Assembly: GCA_012295275.1 (NCBI GenBank)
Contig: CM022679.1
Span: 5,952,001 to 6,016,000 of the forward strand
Origin: Chrysomallon squamiferum
Taxonomy: Eukaryota > Animalia > Mollusca
DNA length: 64,000 bases
Direction of reading: 5' to 3'
The notes below the pieces were generated by a model. It searched no databases, was not told the origin of the DNA, and saw nothing but the letters and a program-made list of their open reading frames with translations. Every line of letters starts with the position of its first letter. Position 1 is the first letter of the stretch. Shown here in pieces: positions 25,451 through 40,486 of this stretch. Both the position numbers and the translations under genes were made by a program.

Positions 25451-26029
25451 CCTAGACAGAAACTGTATCAAGAGGTCGTTTACTACATTACGGAACAAAT
25501 CTGGAATGAATATACACATATAAATACTGATCTACACACACAGAAATACATACAACAGATATACATGTACATTTTACACTGACACACACGGATAAATACA
25601 CGTGCTCATATACACACATTAAAAAAAATATATATATATACATGTTCATACATACATATGTTCGTACATATGTACGAACATTCATACATAAATAAATACA
25701 TACATACACACAAACATACGTACATACGTACATACAAACAGACATACAAGCTGACAGATAAACAAATAGAAAACTGACTAATCAAAAAACAAACGAACTA
25801 ATAAGTAATATATTTCGGCAGGTTTCAGTTTATTTATTGCTGATTTAGTGATCTTTCAGAACATTTTAAAATAGACGGAAAATGACATCCACATACTGAA
25901 TTTCTTTTATTTAAATAAACTTTTCGAATTACATTAAGATAATTTCATATTTGTTTCTTTGTCAAATATTTTCATTTTTCATCAAAATAATCTCATTATT
26001 TTTTGATCATTTATTGTTCTTTTTTATTT

Positions 26030-26445
26030 ATTTATTTATGTTTGACTTTGTTTATATAAAACAGTATTTACTTCTCTTTCTAAATATTTACTGATCTAAA
26101 TTTCCCTACATATTAGAAACGGTAATTTCTATCGTGTTTTTAAAATTATTTATTATTTGAAAACATGTCATTAAATTATACTCGGAACAAAATATATAAT
26201 AACCTTATCAGATACCGCATACACTCCCAAACAGATTCAGAACAGAAAAATTAAACTGTTCATATATTTTCCCAGTTATTTTCTATTAAAGCGATGGTTT
26301 CTTCTTTTATATTTCTGTATATGCTTTCATACTATGAAAAATACTTATATTAACAAGCAGATTAAATAGTATTATGCAGTTGCAAAAACTTTTAACCATA
26401 TTTAAATTAGTAATCATCTGTTAACTTAAAGAATGGATAATTCAA

Positions 26446-26450
<5 letters not shown>
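26030..26450 (+). repeat. Interspersed AT-rich repeat, copy 2 (longer internal segment)
   Basis: Same sequence as 8020-8250 with an extra block at about 26185-26355. Confidence 0.7.
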
Positions 26451-26499
<49 letters not shown>

Positions 26500-26562
26500 G
26501 CTGGATGGATTTGTCATATCTTTAACATACTTATACACATACATATATCCACACATACTACA

Positions 26563-26594
<32 letters not shown>

Positions 26595-27002
26595 CATACA
26601 AACATAATTTGTTTTATGATACATAATTATCATTGAAATATACTAAATAGCAACATAAATGAGTTAAAGGAATGTTTTGCATTCCAAAATATCTTGCTAC
26701 CCAATACATTATATTATTATATTATCTTACATTTTGCATATAATGTACTAAGTTATGTTGTTTCATTGACTTCTAACTCATATTATAACAATAATACAAT
26801 ACAATATACTGTACTATACTATAATATATCATAACTTAACATAAAACAAAACAGCATAGTATAGCATAATTTAACGTATCACAATACATCACAACACAAT
26901 ACAACATAAAAATTAAACAAAACAAGACAAAACAAAAAACAAAAAAAGAAAAAGAAAAAAGAGAAGAAACTAATCTAATATAATTTTCTTTTAAAATAAT
27001 GA

Positions 27003-27033
<31 letters not shown>

Positions 27034-27631
27034 TGTTTGGCAGCTCCTTACGAAAGAACCACTTTTTTTTTTTTTTTTATTTTATTAAATACTATTGCGT
27101 TTTAAACATGCTTGGCAAGTAAAAGAAAATTCATGAACGAAGTCACATCTTAAATGAACTCGGCTGATAATGATGTCGACCTCGGGTCTCCGGTAATGAA
27201 AACTGATACATCTTTTAGCTGGAATTAGCCCAGCGTGACTTGCTACTGTATATTTTCCAGGTTAAATCTGCCACATTGAAATTACTGCCAGACTTATTTA
27301 CTGAGATGTATACAATAATATTTTATACATTAAGAAGTAGAACTGCTCTACAAGTTGTTTTTAATAAAAATCAACAACTTAATACACCGTCTGTTAATGT
27401 AATGTTATACTTTAATGTCTACGATATTCAGACGGAGATCGAGAGACAGACAGACATGCAGATAATGAGAGACATTTATTATATTTTAATAATAATAATT
27501 ATTATTATTTATATTTTAAATAATTTTATATTTGTCTGTTTCTCAAGGTTTTCCTAAGAAGCTATACCTTCTAGATTCTTAAGAAATCTCAGTTTCTATC
27601 ATTCTGCACCCAGAAATGAAGCACTTAGCTG

Positions 27632-27673
<42 letters not shown>

Positions 27674-27697
27674 CATTTTTTTTTTAAAGTAGTAGTA

Positions 27698-27736
<39 letters not shown>

Positions 27737-28385
27737 CACATTTAGTAATTATAAATAAAGTTTTTATCGTAAAACTATTTTTAACAGGCTACATTTTGTT
27801 TGTCAGTGCGCGCGCGAGTATGTTTCTTTATCCAACATAAACATTTTTTTTTAAAATAATAAAAAAATATATATATATATAATAATAAATAAAAAGAAGA
27901 AAAGAAAGAAAACAGCAGAAAATTAGAAGAAGAGAGAAAAATAATTATGTTCTATAATCTCGTTTCTGTCATCTTCACATACATTTTCTTCGCTGTATAT
28001 TATTCTTTCCGAAACAAATGCGTTTTTAGCGACAATAAAAATACCAGCAAGACACATTATATATGCATTATCCTAATGTTTAAATAACCCGCGTTATTCG
28101 ATACCAGAGTTGCCAAACTGATTAGACACATACACTGACGTTCGAGACACGTTCCGATCTCCGAGTGAAACCAGTCGACATCGTGTTGCATAGTTCGTCT
28201 GCAACCTATTTTGTTGTCATGTTATTTGACGTTATAAGCGACATCTGGAAACGGTTTTTGTTCATGAGGCCGCCATAGTTGCCCTACGTCAATCGGAGAT
28301 TTCAAAATTACTATTGTGGGTGTATAAAATTTTATTTAAAGGGTTGGCAGAAAAAAAAATATATATATTAAAAAATAAAAAAATT

Positions 28386-28436
<51 letters not shown>

Positions 28437-29366
28437 GGTAATTCTCCCACACTTACATATTACACTCATTGTCATGTTCATATACATTCATGTTCATACC
28501 TTCAAAATCACACATATTACACATCACGCGCCCACTCAGTGATTATGTACGTAATTATACACAAAAGTTCACACTCACAGTCATATAATAAATTATACAT
28601 ATCGATAATTTAACATGACTGACAGTAATGTCTGTAAACTTTCATGTATTTGTGGGAATATAGTTATTCCTAAAATAGAATAGAACTGTACATGCTTAAA
28701 AATAAATAAATAAATAAATAAATAATGATAATAATAATAAAAATTAAAAAATTTGTAAATAAATAAATGTAATAAAAATAAATAAATAAATAAAAACTAA
28801 ATGCATATCATTATCACTGGTCTTGTTTTTGTTATTATTTTTGCTATATTATTTTTATGATTAAAATTATTAATGTTATTATTATCGTAGTTGTAGTTGT
28901 TATTGTTGTTGTTGTTATTATTATTGCCAGAGGTGTTTGTTTCCTTGAACTGTTAACAATTTTAAGCTACTGGAAATAGTTAATATTGTCCGAAATAAGA
29001 TTTGATTTAGTGTGTGCCAACCTGGTGCACGTTTGACAGAAATGGTCCCTCGTTTGTGTTCAAAGGCGTTCCTCTATTGTCATGTGTTTGTACTAAAAGT
29101 GAAAAATGTTTCTTTTGACTTATTGTTTTACCAATTTACGTGAATGATAGCAAATGTTTCCTGAATCATTGAGTCTTTTCAATCAATAAACCATTGGAAA
29201 CATGTTTACTGTAATTTTAAGCATTTTTATCTTGGACAGTCCATTGAGAAACTAGTCTGATAATAAAACAGACAATAAGTATCAGCGGAAAGAGTGTATA
29301 TTGGCCTTAAATCTTCACAAATTTTAATTATTTATTTACTATTTTTAATTTTAATCCATATCTCTT

Positions 29367-29368
<2 letters not shown>

Positions 29369-29439
<71 letters not shown>
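29369..29439. repeat. (GA)n microsatellite
   Basis: Perfect dinucleotide run. Confidence 0.95.
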
Positions 29440-29442
<3 letters not shown>

Positions 29443-30040
29443 CTAGCCTAAAGCCCACAGCTGTGAAAGGAAAAGCGGCACCCAAGCTCGACACTAATTT
29501 CCATTTAAAGAAGTCAGCCCTGCTGGAACAAGTACATTGTTTTATCGTCGGAACACCGTACATTTAGTACCCGTGACCTTACAGTTGTCCATCTTATCAG
29601 AACTCTCCGATCACTAAGTAGCAACAAAGATTCCATCGTCGTGGTGAATTTGGGTCAAAGGTAACGACCCCGAAGCCACCTGTCTCAGTATTTTACTTGG
29701 AACTTTCACTTTATTAATTATATTAAGTTACAAAGAGTTTTCTCTGACTTTTATATATTGTGACAGCAAATTTAATCACATTTTCGTATTTGCATATCCG
29801 GTCCAGTTTTCTTGAACGGAAATTTTAATTAATATATATGTATGTATATATATGTGTGTGCGTTTTATATATATATAAATTAGACAGAGCTTTGAAAAAA
29901 ATAAAAGAATAAAATGTTTTAATTCATGGTCCTAATTTTTTTAAACTCTGTCAAATTCCTTCAGACATATAAAACGAAAACACAACAGAATATATTAATT
30001 AAAACACAAGAAAAACTGGACCGGATATATAAAATACAAA

Positions 30041-30071
<31 letters not shown>

Positions 30072-30122
30072 TGTATTTATTTATATATATTTTTTTGTTG
30101 TTGTTGTTGAGAAAAATCAAAC

Positions 30123-30232
<110 letters not shown>

Positions 30233-32432
30233 TAAAGGTAAAAATTTAAGCACACTAAATAGTTTTGTATTATCTTCGGAAGAAACCCTTGAATACAATT
30301 TAATATTAGCGCTTATTAGACGTGAAACTTATGTTTGTTATATAATGATGAAAGAGGAAACCCAGTCACAAAATGTTATATTCCACTCATTGATTAACAG
30401 CGAAGAGTTTTTTTTTTTATCTTCCATATTCCTTTGTGAACAAGTCGTAGGTCACTGGCTGGAACGAGAAATATCACACCGAGTACAGAAAGGAGTGACC
30501 CATTATGGCAGTGAATTACAGCCCGCTCCATATTATGAGATAATGATCTGTTCAGAACATCAGTTTAGGGTCTGTTCAATGTTAGGTCAGTGTCTGTTTC
30601 GTATGTGTTACGGTCTGTGCCAAAAGTTACACATCACCTAGCTCCCAGCATGACGACCAGTCATAAAATGACAGAATAAATTTTTATAGAAACTGTCTTC
30701 ACATTCAGGTAATCTAAACAAAACAAATACGAAAAAAATATGAACACAATAACATTTTTGGCCTTTTGACAAAAGCTTGGGCAGAAATGGGATACATTTT
30801 TCGTGTTGCCAAAGCCTTTATTCTCTGAAGGACTATAATATTTTACACGTGCAAAAACATGGCGTCGTTTCCGGAAAAACGCCAGATTTTGTTATTGCGT
30901 ATTTGATTTGTATTTATCTTAGTGTTGGAAGCAAGAGAAGAGAGCTGGTTGTGATATTTTATGATAAGCGACTCTGGAAATTGAAAAAGGAAATCCAGGA
31001 TTATGTTTTAAAAGACAGTGTATGACTACTGATTGCAGTAAAATGTAAAAGTAAATTTCGAATTCTATATTTTAATTAGGTTTCTTCCTAGTATTACTGC
31101 TATTTACTGGTAAATGTAGTCTAAGTTTCGTATTTTTATCTTTTTCAGTGTTTTTAATCATTACACCATTCATTTATTCACTCTTTAACTAAAGTTTTCA
31201 GCAATGTAAACTCATTTCATATGGTCGGTCACTTTGATCTCTAAGGTTTGACGAGATATAACGTAATTTGACATTTTTTTAATACAGCTACTTCTACTAC
31301 TGCTGCTGCTGCTACTGCAATTACTATTACTACAACTGAAACTTTTACTAAATCTACTACAGTCATCACTGCTGTTTCTACTACTTCTCCTACAGAACAA
31401 TAATTAGCACTATTACTACTACTTCTACTACATTACTACTATCATTATCGCTAGAGTGGTATGAAAGAAACTTTGTTGGATCATTCAGTCAGCCAATCAT
31501 TTCTTTTTTCTTTGATTGTATTTTAAAGCGTGTATTTTTGTACTGCAGCGTCCATCCAGTGCGTTTCGATTAATGTCAAGCACGTCCATTTTGGGCGTTA
31601 TGGCAACTTAATCCAGAACAAGAGAGAAGACTGTCTAAAACGTACAATTTTACATCATGTACTCAAATATAAATGTCAGGTAATCAGTATTATTCGGTCA
31701 AATACGTCGGAAAGCATTATCATCAGAGCTATTATAAGTACTTTTTGTTTTATCCAAAAATAAAATCATCTGGAATCTCTTAATTTTCCTCTGCGGATGT
31801 TTCGACATTAATTTTTTTGAAGCAGACGTCATTACTTCACGCAAATACAAATAAGAATAAGTCATCAAACAAGGTGTGAAATGTTTAACAAATAAAAGAG
31901 ATTGACTTTCGTTTATATGTAAAACTCGCCAGGTATGTTCGTATGTGCTATCTTTGGAACTAATACGCATTTTTACATAATTGATAATAATGACGTCACT
32001 TTTGTATGCACGGAACGTGCGCAATTCAGTGGCGTGAAAGCTTAAACGCTACATTAGCTTCAGATATGAGATTTTCTTTCCGTGCGTAAATGAGGAAACG
32101 TTCACCTGGGAGCGTTGCACAACCGTCTCACCTGTTCCAGGTATTTGCCGTGTGTACAACGTAACTGATAATTTATATAACAAGGGCAATTACACGCTAA
32201 ATGCTAGAATTGGACGTCAGCCGAGATGGATTTGAGACAGTTGCTTTCAAATGACAGTAGAAACTGCTTTAAAGAGCACTTTATATAACAGGCACTGCAG
32301 TAGTCTGTTATTATTTACATACATACCAAATAGTTAATTTGAATTCGCATATAATATTGTTAGGCTTTTTATCTGTCTCTCTTTCATACACACATTCTCT
32401 CTCTGATTCTCTTTCTATCTCTCACATTTAAT

Positions 32433-32537
<105 letters not shown>

Positions 32538-33072
32538 CGTAATCTCTTTGTGTTCCTCTTAGACTTGCTCTTTTCACAAATTCTCTCTCTCCCTTTCTCT
32601 CACCACCTACCTAGCTAACTATCTCAATATGTAAATTTTCTTTTCCCTTTTCTAGCGTACCAAAATCAGTTAGTTTGCTATTTTTCCATACAGAAGAATG
32701 AACTGGAAGAACTTGACAAGAGAGGATTTATAGAAGACGGTATAGGTCCTGACGTCTGAAAAGAAACACTATTAGGGTCATGACTTTGATGTGCTGCGTT
32801 GCATAGAACAACATCTGCATCTCAGATATATCACACTTAATGTGTTTAGTATATCTGTCTTTAACCATATGTAAAAACAATGTTTTCGTTTGCTTGTGGA
32901 ATTGTACTGGAGGTCATTAATTGTGAGAGAATTTTGATAACGGAAGCATCTCTTACTCTCGCGTTATCAGCGTTTCTCTTTTTCTATACGTCTTACTCTG
33001 TTATTTCGTCCTCATGTTCTCTTATATCATTCTCTTTCAGTATCAACTATCTTACTTCATGTCTCTGTATAT

Positions 33073-33074
<2 letters not shown>

Positions 33075-33156
<82 letters not shown>
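33075..33156. repeat. (CT)n microsatellite
   Basis: Perfect dinucleotide run. Confidence 0.95.
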
Positions 33157-33160
<4 letters not shown>

Positions 33161-35121
33161 CTATCTCTCCGCCTCACATTTTGTTTCTGTAAACAAGTGA
33201 AGGAGGATTTGATTATAAACTGATACTTACAAATTGTAGATAAATTTATATTTTTTACATTTCGTTAAAACCTTCAAGAGGTTTGTTTACATCCTGTTTC
33301 AAACAAACCTGCGTACGCGCGAACTAAACATTTGGATAATATTAAAATTTAAAAAAAAAAAAGAAGAAGAAATTTAGAAAAGAAAAGATTTGTGCGCATG
33401 CTTAGAACTCGGTTCCTGGATGTTAGTCTATATATGTACGTGAGTGTACATGTATGTGTGTATGGATGTGGTTGTGTGTGGGTGTATGTGTGGAGATGGG
33501 TATGTGTGTCTGTTTAAGAAAGGATAGTCCGCCATCTTATGGATGTCTGATTAGACTGAACACGGAGAATATTTAGGAACGCAGTGCCACAGGACAAAGT
33601 CTAAACATGACTTCACAAAAGTCAGATGCCTCTGACGAATTTAGAACGCACAACATGCATTCACCCGTACACCTATGTTACATAAATATTTACGTATGTA
33701 CATACATGTATATTATGTATGTACGTATGTATTATATATTATGTATGTATGTGTGTAAATAATGTATGCATGCATGTTTCTATTAATATTTTGTTCTTCT
33801 TTTTTTTTAGTTTCATTTAAATCGCTTTGATATTCCACACACTACCAGTTGTTTTTCTATGTCCATAATGAATCGTTATTTTACTTAGCATGAAACTGAC
33901 ATAAACTGCAATAAATCCAAATGTCTGCCCTTGACTGAATTCATTTTGTGAATTATTTTAATTGAGCGGATGTGAGACAGTGTCTGTGTCAAAAAAGGTG
34001 CCGGCATGCCGTACCGATAGAAGAAAAAAAAGTATTTTAATATTAAACATGAACTTTAAAGACCAACAGGTTTTTGAAATTCATTCTCTTGTCTGTTTTG
34101 CGGTTTGTGGCAAAAGATTGGTTTTACAAAACTATTATTTGCAGCTTTTCTAAGTTTATCCTTTGTTGTAGCTGCGCATTATGATCAGTTATGTCAGAGT
34201 TCCATATTGTTAATAAAATTTAATAACAGTCAAGGTTGTTATATGTAAATTTGTTATCAGAATTTATCTTTTGTTGTAATTTAAAAGTATCAGACGAATT
34301 ATTAACAAAATAACATCTTGTCAGTTTGTCATAACTTTCTAATTTTATAATTTAGGTAGAAAAATAACTATTTCCCATTTCAAAATTTAAATCGGGAAAT
34401 AACATTCCAATTTATAATTTAGATAGCATAATAATAACTTGCAAGCTTCTAAATATAGGTCTCGACTATCCTGAATATGCAGGCTGCGAAGACCATCTTC
34501 AAAATGTAGTTTACGAAATGACAATTTGAAATTTCGTAATTCAGGTAACACAATAACAACATGCAAATGTAATAACATAGGTCGCATCTTAACGACTGAC
34601 AAACATTGAACAAACTGTCTTCAAGATTTAGGTCGCGAAATAACAACTAACCAACATCATTATTTAGGTTCATCGCCCAATAGCACTTTGCCATCATCAA
34701 GGGTTAGATATAGAAAACAATAAAAAGCTACATTTGCTTTCAGTCTTGACTTTAGTTCTTAGACTAATATATTTCTTGTTGCAGTTCAAACCATTTGTAA
34801 TAAAAACCGATGAAGCAGATCACATGAGAGATGAAAGAGAGTCGACAAAGGGAAGATGGTACAGGATGTGGCTCATTTGCTGTAGGTATAAAGATGGACG
34901 CCAGATCTCTGGCAGTTGGACAAATAGGCCAGCCTGCTTTTGTTTGATTGTAAAATTTGTGGGCAAGGTCTTACAAAGGTCGGTGTTACGACCCGCTGTT
35001 CTTTGACTTACCACAAACCCTTGAAGAAAGGAATAAATACTTAGTGTTCGTCATGGCCACTGGTGACAGTTTTCTTCACTACCCAGTTAATCACCCCGTC
35101 TCACCACGAGTTAGGATGCAT

Positions 35122-35159
<38 letters not shown>

Positions 35160-35454
35160 ACGAATTTAGTTTTAAGGCTGCAGCACATGCAGTCGTTATT
35201 AACGTATCTCAGATTTAAGTTTCGATATGAGACGATATCAGATTTCAAAATTACTGTCAAAAAGTCCGCAAGTTTGATGTAGAACTAGGCTATCACATGG
35301 CATGTCTGATACAGATTTTGCCTACCTGTTTCTTGATATATCATATAGTGAAGAAAAGCTACCTGTCGAAAATTAACTGTTACTTGATAATTGCTAACCT
35401 ATCACAGAAAAATAATTATATACTTTATAGTAGTTGTATATAAGCCAAAATAAA

Positions 35455-35920
35455 ACTTCACATGGTTAGTTTAGTGCATAACTAGAGGAATTCAAGCTGT
35501 ACACGAATTGTTAGTTCAGGCATACACTAATCTACCGGCTGAAATCAAACTGAACACGGTGTTTATTAGTGTACCAGGCTTCCATATGAAATTCAGTTGT
35601 GCACGGTTAGTGTACTAGGCTATCAGCGGAAATCAAAATGAATATACTCTTTGATAGTGTCCAAGGAACCAGCTGAAATCAAACTGTAGCCAGTCGAAAT
35701 CAAGCTGTACATGGTTCGTTAGAGTACTGCTCTAGCAGCCGATATAAACATGTACACGTTTTGTTAGTGTACTAGGCTACCAGCCGAAATCAAGCTGAAC
35801 ATACTGTAAATGGTGTATCAAGTAGTAGAGCATTATGATTGGTAATATAAATATGGCATCAAGCAGTGGAACATTATGACTTATGATGCTAAGAGAATAT
35901 CAGGCAATGGAACGTTATGG
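35455..35920. repeat. Two adjacent degenerate minisatellites (units about 40-45 bp)
   Basis: ttagtgtactaggctaccagccgaaatcaagctgtacac-type units at 35455-35805, then three atcaagcagtggaacattatg-type units at 35815-35920. Confidence 0.7.
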
Positions 35921-36433
35921 TACATAGCTAATTACTGTGTGAAACAGAATACCACAGGTGGAGCAAGATAATCCAAAATGTCTGAGGCCGGAAGTGTCAC
36001 GGATTTTGGAATACAAGGAGATAATCATGAGAATGGGATCCATGTCTACATACGCGAAATCCGTTTATATTTCATAGTTTTATCAAATATTTTAAAGAAT
36101 TTAGTCCATGAAATTTTTGTATAATAAACCTTGCGAAAACTATAAACTGTCACTATTTCGCTCTCTCTCGAAAAAAAGTATCTTATTTCAGAGATAGAAA
36201 TGATAAAAACAATGCTATTAGTAATACAACAAGAAATAAATATTAACTCCAAATAAGTTAATCTGTGTTTACTTGGATGCGGTATATGTTATTTGTTTTT
36301 ATGTGTTTTGGAGATTCTTTTTGTTTTTGTTTGTTTTTGTTTTTTAATACGACGCGGCAAACTCTTTTGGTTTATCTCTAAATCAATTGTAAAATCTTCT
36401 TACAGTGTTAAGTGTCCGTAAATTTGTCTTAAT

Positions 36434-36470
<37 letters not shown>

Positions 36471-36487
36471 AATAAATAAATAAATAA

Positions 36488-36538
<51 letters not shown>

Positions 36539-37537
36539 CCTTAAAATTCCAAATTTTTGATAAAACATGAATACTCATTAAAGTCTGAAATTTAAACTTT
36601 TTTGTGATTCAACTCTCGTATGATATTTATCAGCCGTGAACGCGAAAATAAAATAGTGAATTAGCTTATAATTATCATACGTATCGCATATTACCAGGTT
36701 TTATAAATAGATAAATAAATGACTTGAAAACAAGCATAAATGAGTTTCAGATTATTTAATTTTATACCGGTAATTCTTAGAAAAACGAAGGGTTATACAA
36801 ATAGTGGGTCATATATGTAGTTAATTCTAGTTGTGTAAGCTAACGCTCTGGAACCAATGGTGCCAGAAAATCGGTTTTATAATTGTATAAAGTTCATTTG
36901 CAGACGAAAATAAATATAGTAATCGCTTCTCAGTGGACACCGGAATAAAAAGGCTCCTAAGAGTTATTTCCCTTGTATTATTTAATACAATAAGAATGTA
37001 AATTGAATTTGTACACGTTTTGTAGAATAATTTTTAATAATTTATATTTGTTTATACAGTTATCTGTATGGGTTTTAATTTATATTTGATGTTATTTAAA
37101 CATAACTGGTTAAATAGAGACACTGAGATCATGTTAAAGAATTATTCGTACATGTAGTATCAACTGAGTAAATAAAATAAATCTAACACAAAAACATTTT
37201 GTATAAAAAAAATTATTATACAATTTGATTACAAAAAAATATTGTTATCAAGGATTTAGTTTGTGTGCAAACAGAAGATGCACAAAAAAATTCTTATCTC
37301 ACCCATTAACTTTCAAATAAATTCAGTCAAGAAACGAAATTTCTTTTAGATATGGAAATAATTTTATGTTTTCCTTTAAAAATAAACAAAATCAGAAGTA
37401 AACAAGTTTTATTTTAATGCTATTTACAGATAACTGGATTTATGCTGCAACTGCATGACATAGGGCTTCTTGCCAAAAAACAACATAAAAAAAAAGAACA
37501 TTATGATGTAGGCATACTTATTTAATAAAAATTAAAA

Positions 37538-37598
<61 letters not shown>
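37538..37598. repeat. (AAT)n microsatellite, one of many AAT/ATT arrays (also near 20035, 26447, 28388, 36488, 45830, 50912)
   Basis: Perfect trinucleotide run. Confidence 0.95.
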
Positions 37599-37601
<3 letters not shown>

Positions 37602-39369
37602 TGTTCATTCAAGTTCAGAAAATTTAAACTTTAATCCTTGACAAGAATTCTGTAATTAACATAATTATTATGATTATATACATTTGCATATTGTGCTGCA
37701 GTTTCCTACAATATACAGATCACTAATTCTGTTACCTACAACATGTTTGCTTGATTTACAAGTTAAGAGTACACCCAAGAATTAACAAATGCTAACATAT
37801 CCTAAAAATAATAACAATTTTGATTATAAATATATTCTAAAACACTTGAATGTAAATGAATTTACTTTGATTAATGGCAAAGAAAAGCTAATAAAAACAA
37901 ATTAAAAAATGAAACATAATTTTTGAAAATAATAATAATTTCCAAAAAAAATCTAAAATATTTAACACTGAAAAAAAACATTTGCTGTTTAATATATATA
38001 TATATATATATAAATATTAAAAAAAAAAAAAAAAAAAAAAAATAATATTTTACCATAATTTTACTTAAAACAGAAAAATGTTCTGTATATAGTTTAATTA
38101 TGAATTAATATATTTTAACTTATGTATTTAAAAAAGTAAATCTTTAAATATCAATACGTATTGTCTTTTAATAAATTTCAAATATATAATGATTTAATGA
38201 GATAGAATTCACTTTATACTGTATTTTCAGCTGAAAACAAAACAAGCAATAATACAAATATACATTTTGTATTATGTAAATGGTAGAAAATATGTGGATG
38301 AATATGTATGCTTTGGGTGCACAGTAATAACGTAAAATATGTCTAGATAGAAAGAATTAAAACTAGCTGCTATTTGTCTGACAATACAAGGACTTACTAC
38401 TTACAAATATACAATAAACAGTTACAATCACATACAACTGAATAAATGAACATTATGAATTTAATTCATCAATCAAGATGTAAAAATGCCATGCACACAC
38501 ACATAAAAAAAAAGAAGAAAATACCAGTACACTCATGTTGTTTGAAATTAAGCAGTATATTTTATCACTTTATTTTTATTTTTCAATTTATACATTATTT
38601 TTAATAGCCTTTGTGTTAGTAATAATAAGAGATTTTTTAAAAATATATTTGATCACAATTCATATGCATTTACAGTACTAATCAGTAACAAAGAATATTT
38701 TTGATAGTTTTAAATAAATAATTATAATTAATACATACTACTCAATGGTTTATTACAATATGTTAATTAACAGAAAGTTAATCTCTAATCAGATCACTAA
38801 ACAGAACAATTTAGAATTGAACTAAAACTTTTAACAAACATTAAGATATTTAATTGCATTTGTATTATTATATGGAATGTTTTGCATGGAATGTTTTGTC
38901 TGGAATGTATTTTATATACATTATATTTATATATAATTTTTAAAAGTCATTGGAGAATAAAGACACTTTCAATAAAAATTCAAAACAATTTTTTCTACAT
39001 TATAATAGAATGTGTCAAATGAAATATATTTTTCTTCTATTTATAAATAAAATATACCACCATACCAAAAACTTGAAAACAACTGTTCTGTATAAAATAC
39101 TGCACAATTTCCATAAAAAATATTTCATCTCTTTAAAATTTTGGTAATCTGGAATTCATAAAATGGCTCCTTATTTTCTCTGAAGATATATTTCTTAATA
39201 TATTTTCATCCCACATTAAGTCATAATCATTCTGTAATAAATTATATTTAACGCTTTACTGCTTTTATACATTGTAACGTCACCATTATTTTATTTTTAA
39301 AATTCATGATCTAGTTCTTCTAATCTTAGATTCAGTAACATGACGATGCCATTCTCTTATAGCTTCAGA

Positions 39370-39584
39370 CTACAACACCGTCCTGATTATAGCAGCCAGT
39401 ACTCCAAATGTTGATGTTATTATGACAGTTGTAGTTGAGGTGAGGGAAGTAGCACTGTTGCAGCCGTCACCAGTACAGGTGTAGACGCACGCTCTGTACA
39501 TGCGGTCGTGGTCGGGAAACCACATGTCCTGACACTGGTCACCTAGATCTCGCGAACTGCAGAATCGATGAGCGCCGACAATTC
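39370..39584 (-). CDS. bou: Ly6/uPAR three-finger protein, boudin-like, exon 3 (CN motif and GPI-type tail)
   Basis: Acceptor tctctttccAG; (G)IVGAHRFCSSRDLGDQCQDMWFPDHDRMYRACVYTCTGDGCNSA...FGVLAAIIRTVL*. Closely resembles recalled Drosophila Boudin (GAKRFCSSKDMGNYC...YRSCIYTCDTDGCN). Total CDS 444 nt = 147 aa, 10 Cys in the mature domain. Confidence 0.92.
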
Positions 39585-40259
39585 CTGGAAAGAGACAATG
39601 AATAATAATCACTCAATAACAACAATATATACAGACCATTCAATGTCAGAAAGAATTAATATTTTGTTTAAGAAAGCCAAAGTCATAAACAAAATTTAAT
39701 ATTTTAAAATTTAACATTAAATGCCAAACAATAAATAATATACATATTATGAAAATAGTTCTTATAAAAATCTCCCAAGTTAGGTTTCAGAGAATGAGCA
39801 ATTATTTAAATAATTCCATAGTATAATATTATATCACCATTATTATCAGTCATCAAATATTAGAGAAAATTAATATTTAATTTAATAACACATTAGAAAT
39901 AGCAAAACCAGTGAGAGTGGAAATAACAAATAATCAAATTAAAAAGTTTTCAAAATAATTTTAAATGTACACTGTTTAAAACTTTTTAAGCATTATACAC
40001 TTCATTTTTCAATAAAAAGATAATGTAATAATAATAATAATAATAATAAAAGTGTATTAAGAATTATAATGCCAAAATATTTATTATTATTGACAAAGTA
40101 TTATTAATACAGCATCTCACTCATCAGAACCTATTTCTAACCCATGTTTTATTATCATGCATAAAAAATAAAATATTTAGCATTAATATTACAGATTAGA
40201 TTGTGACAAATCATTTCCATGAAGGATAGTGTATTCAGATCTAATGTCAGAGCAGTTAC

Positions 40260-40412
40260 CTCCCCATAGACCTGTCACTTTGATACAGTATTTAGCATTC
40301 CACATAAAACATTCCTTGTAATTGTCTTGTGCAACTTCACTGTCTGGATTGAATTTTTCCTGGCAGCTTGAATCCAGTGTCGAGTTGCAGATATAGCAGG
40401 ACAGAGCAGAAC
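40260..40412 (-). CDS. bou: Ly6/uPAR three-finger protein, boudin-like, exon 2
   Basis: Acceptor atttccAG, donor GGAG|GTAAC, phase 1-1, 153 nt: (G)SALSCYICNSTLDSSCQEKFNPDSEVAQDNYKECFMWNAKYCIKVTGLWG, with the LxCYxC Ly6 N-terminal motif. Confidence 0.92.
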
Positions 40413-40442
40413 CTGGAAATATAAATAATTAAATTACAAACA

Positions 40443-40486
<44 letters not shown>

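Noticed and set aside
27168-27215. Possible box C/D snoRNA (ATGATG...CTGA)
   Set aside because: Imperfect C box, too short, no terminal stem or recognisable rRNA guide, and intergenic.
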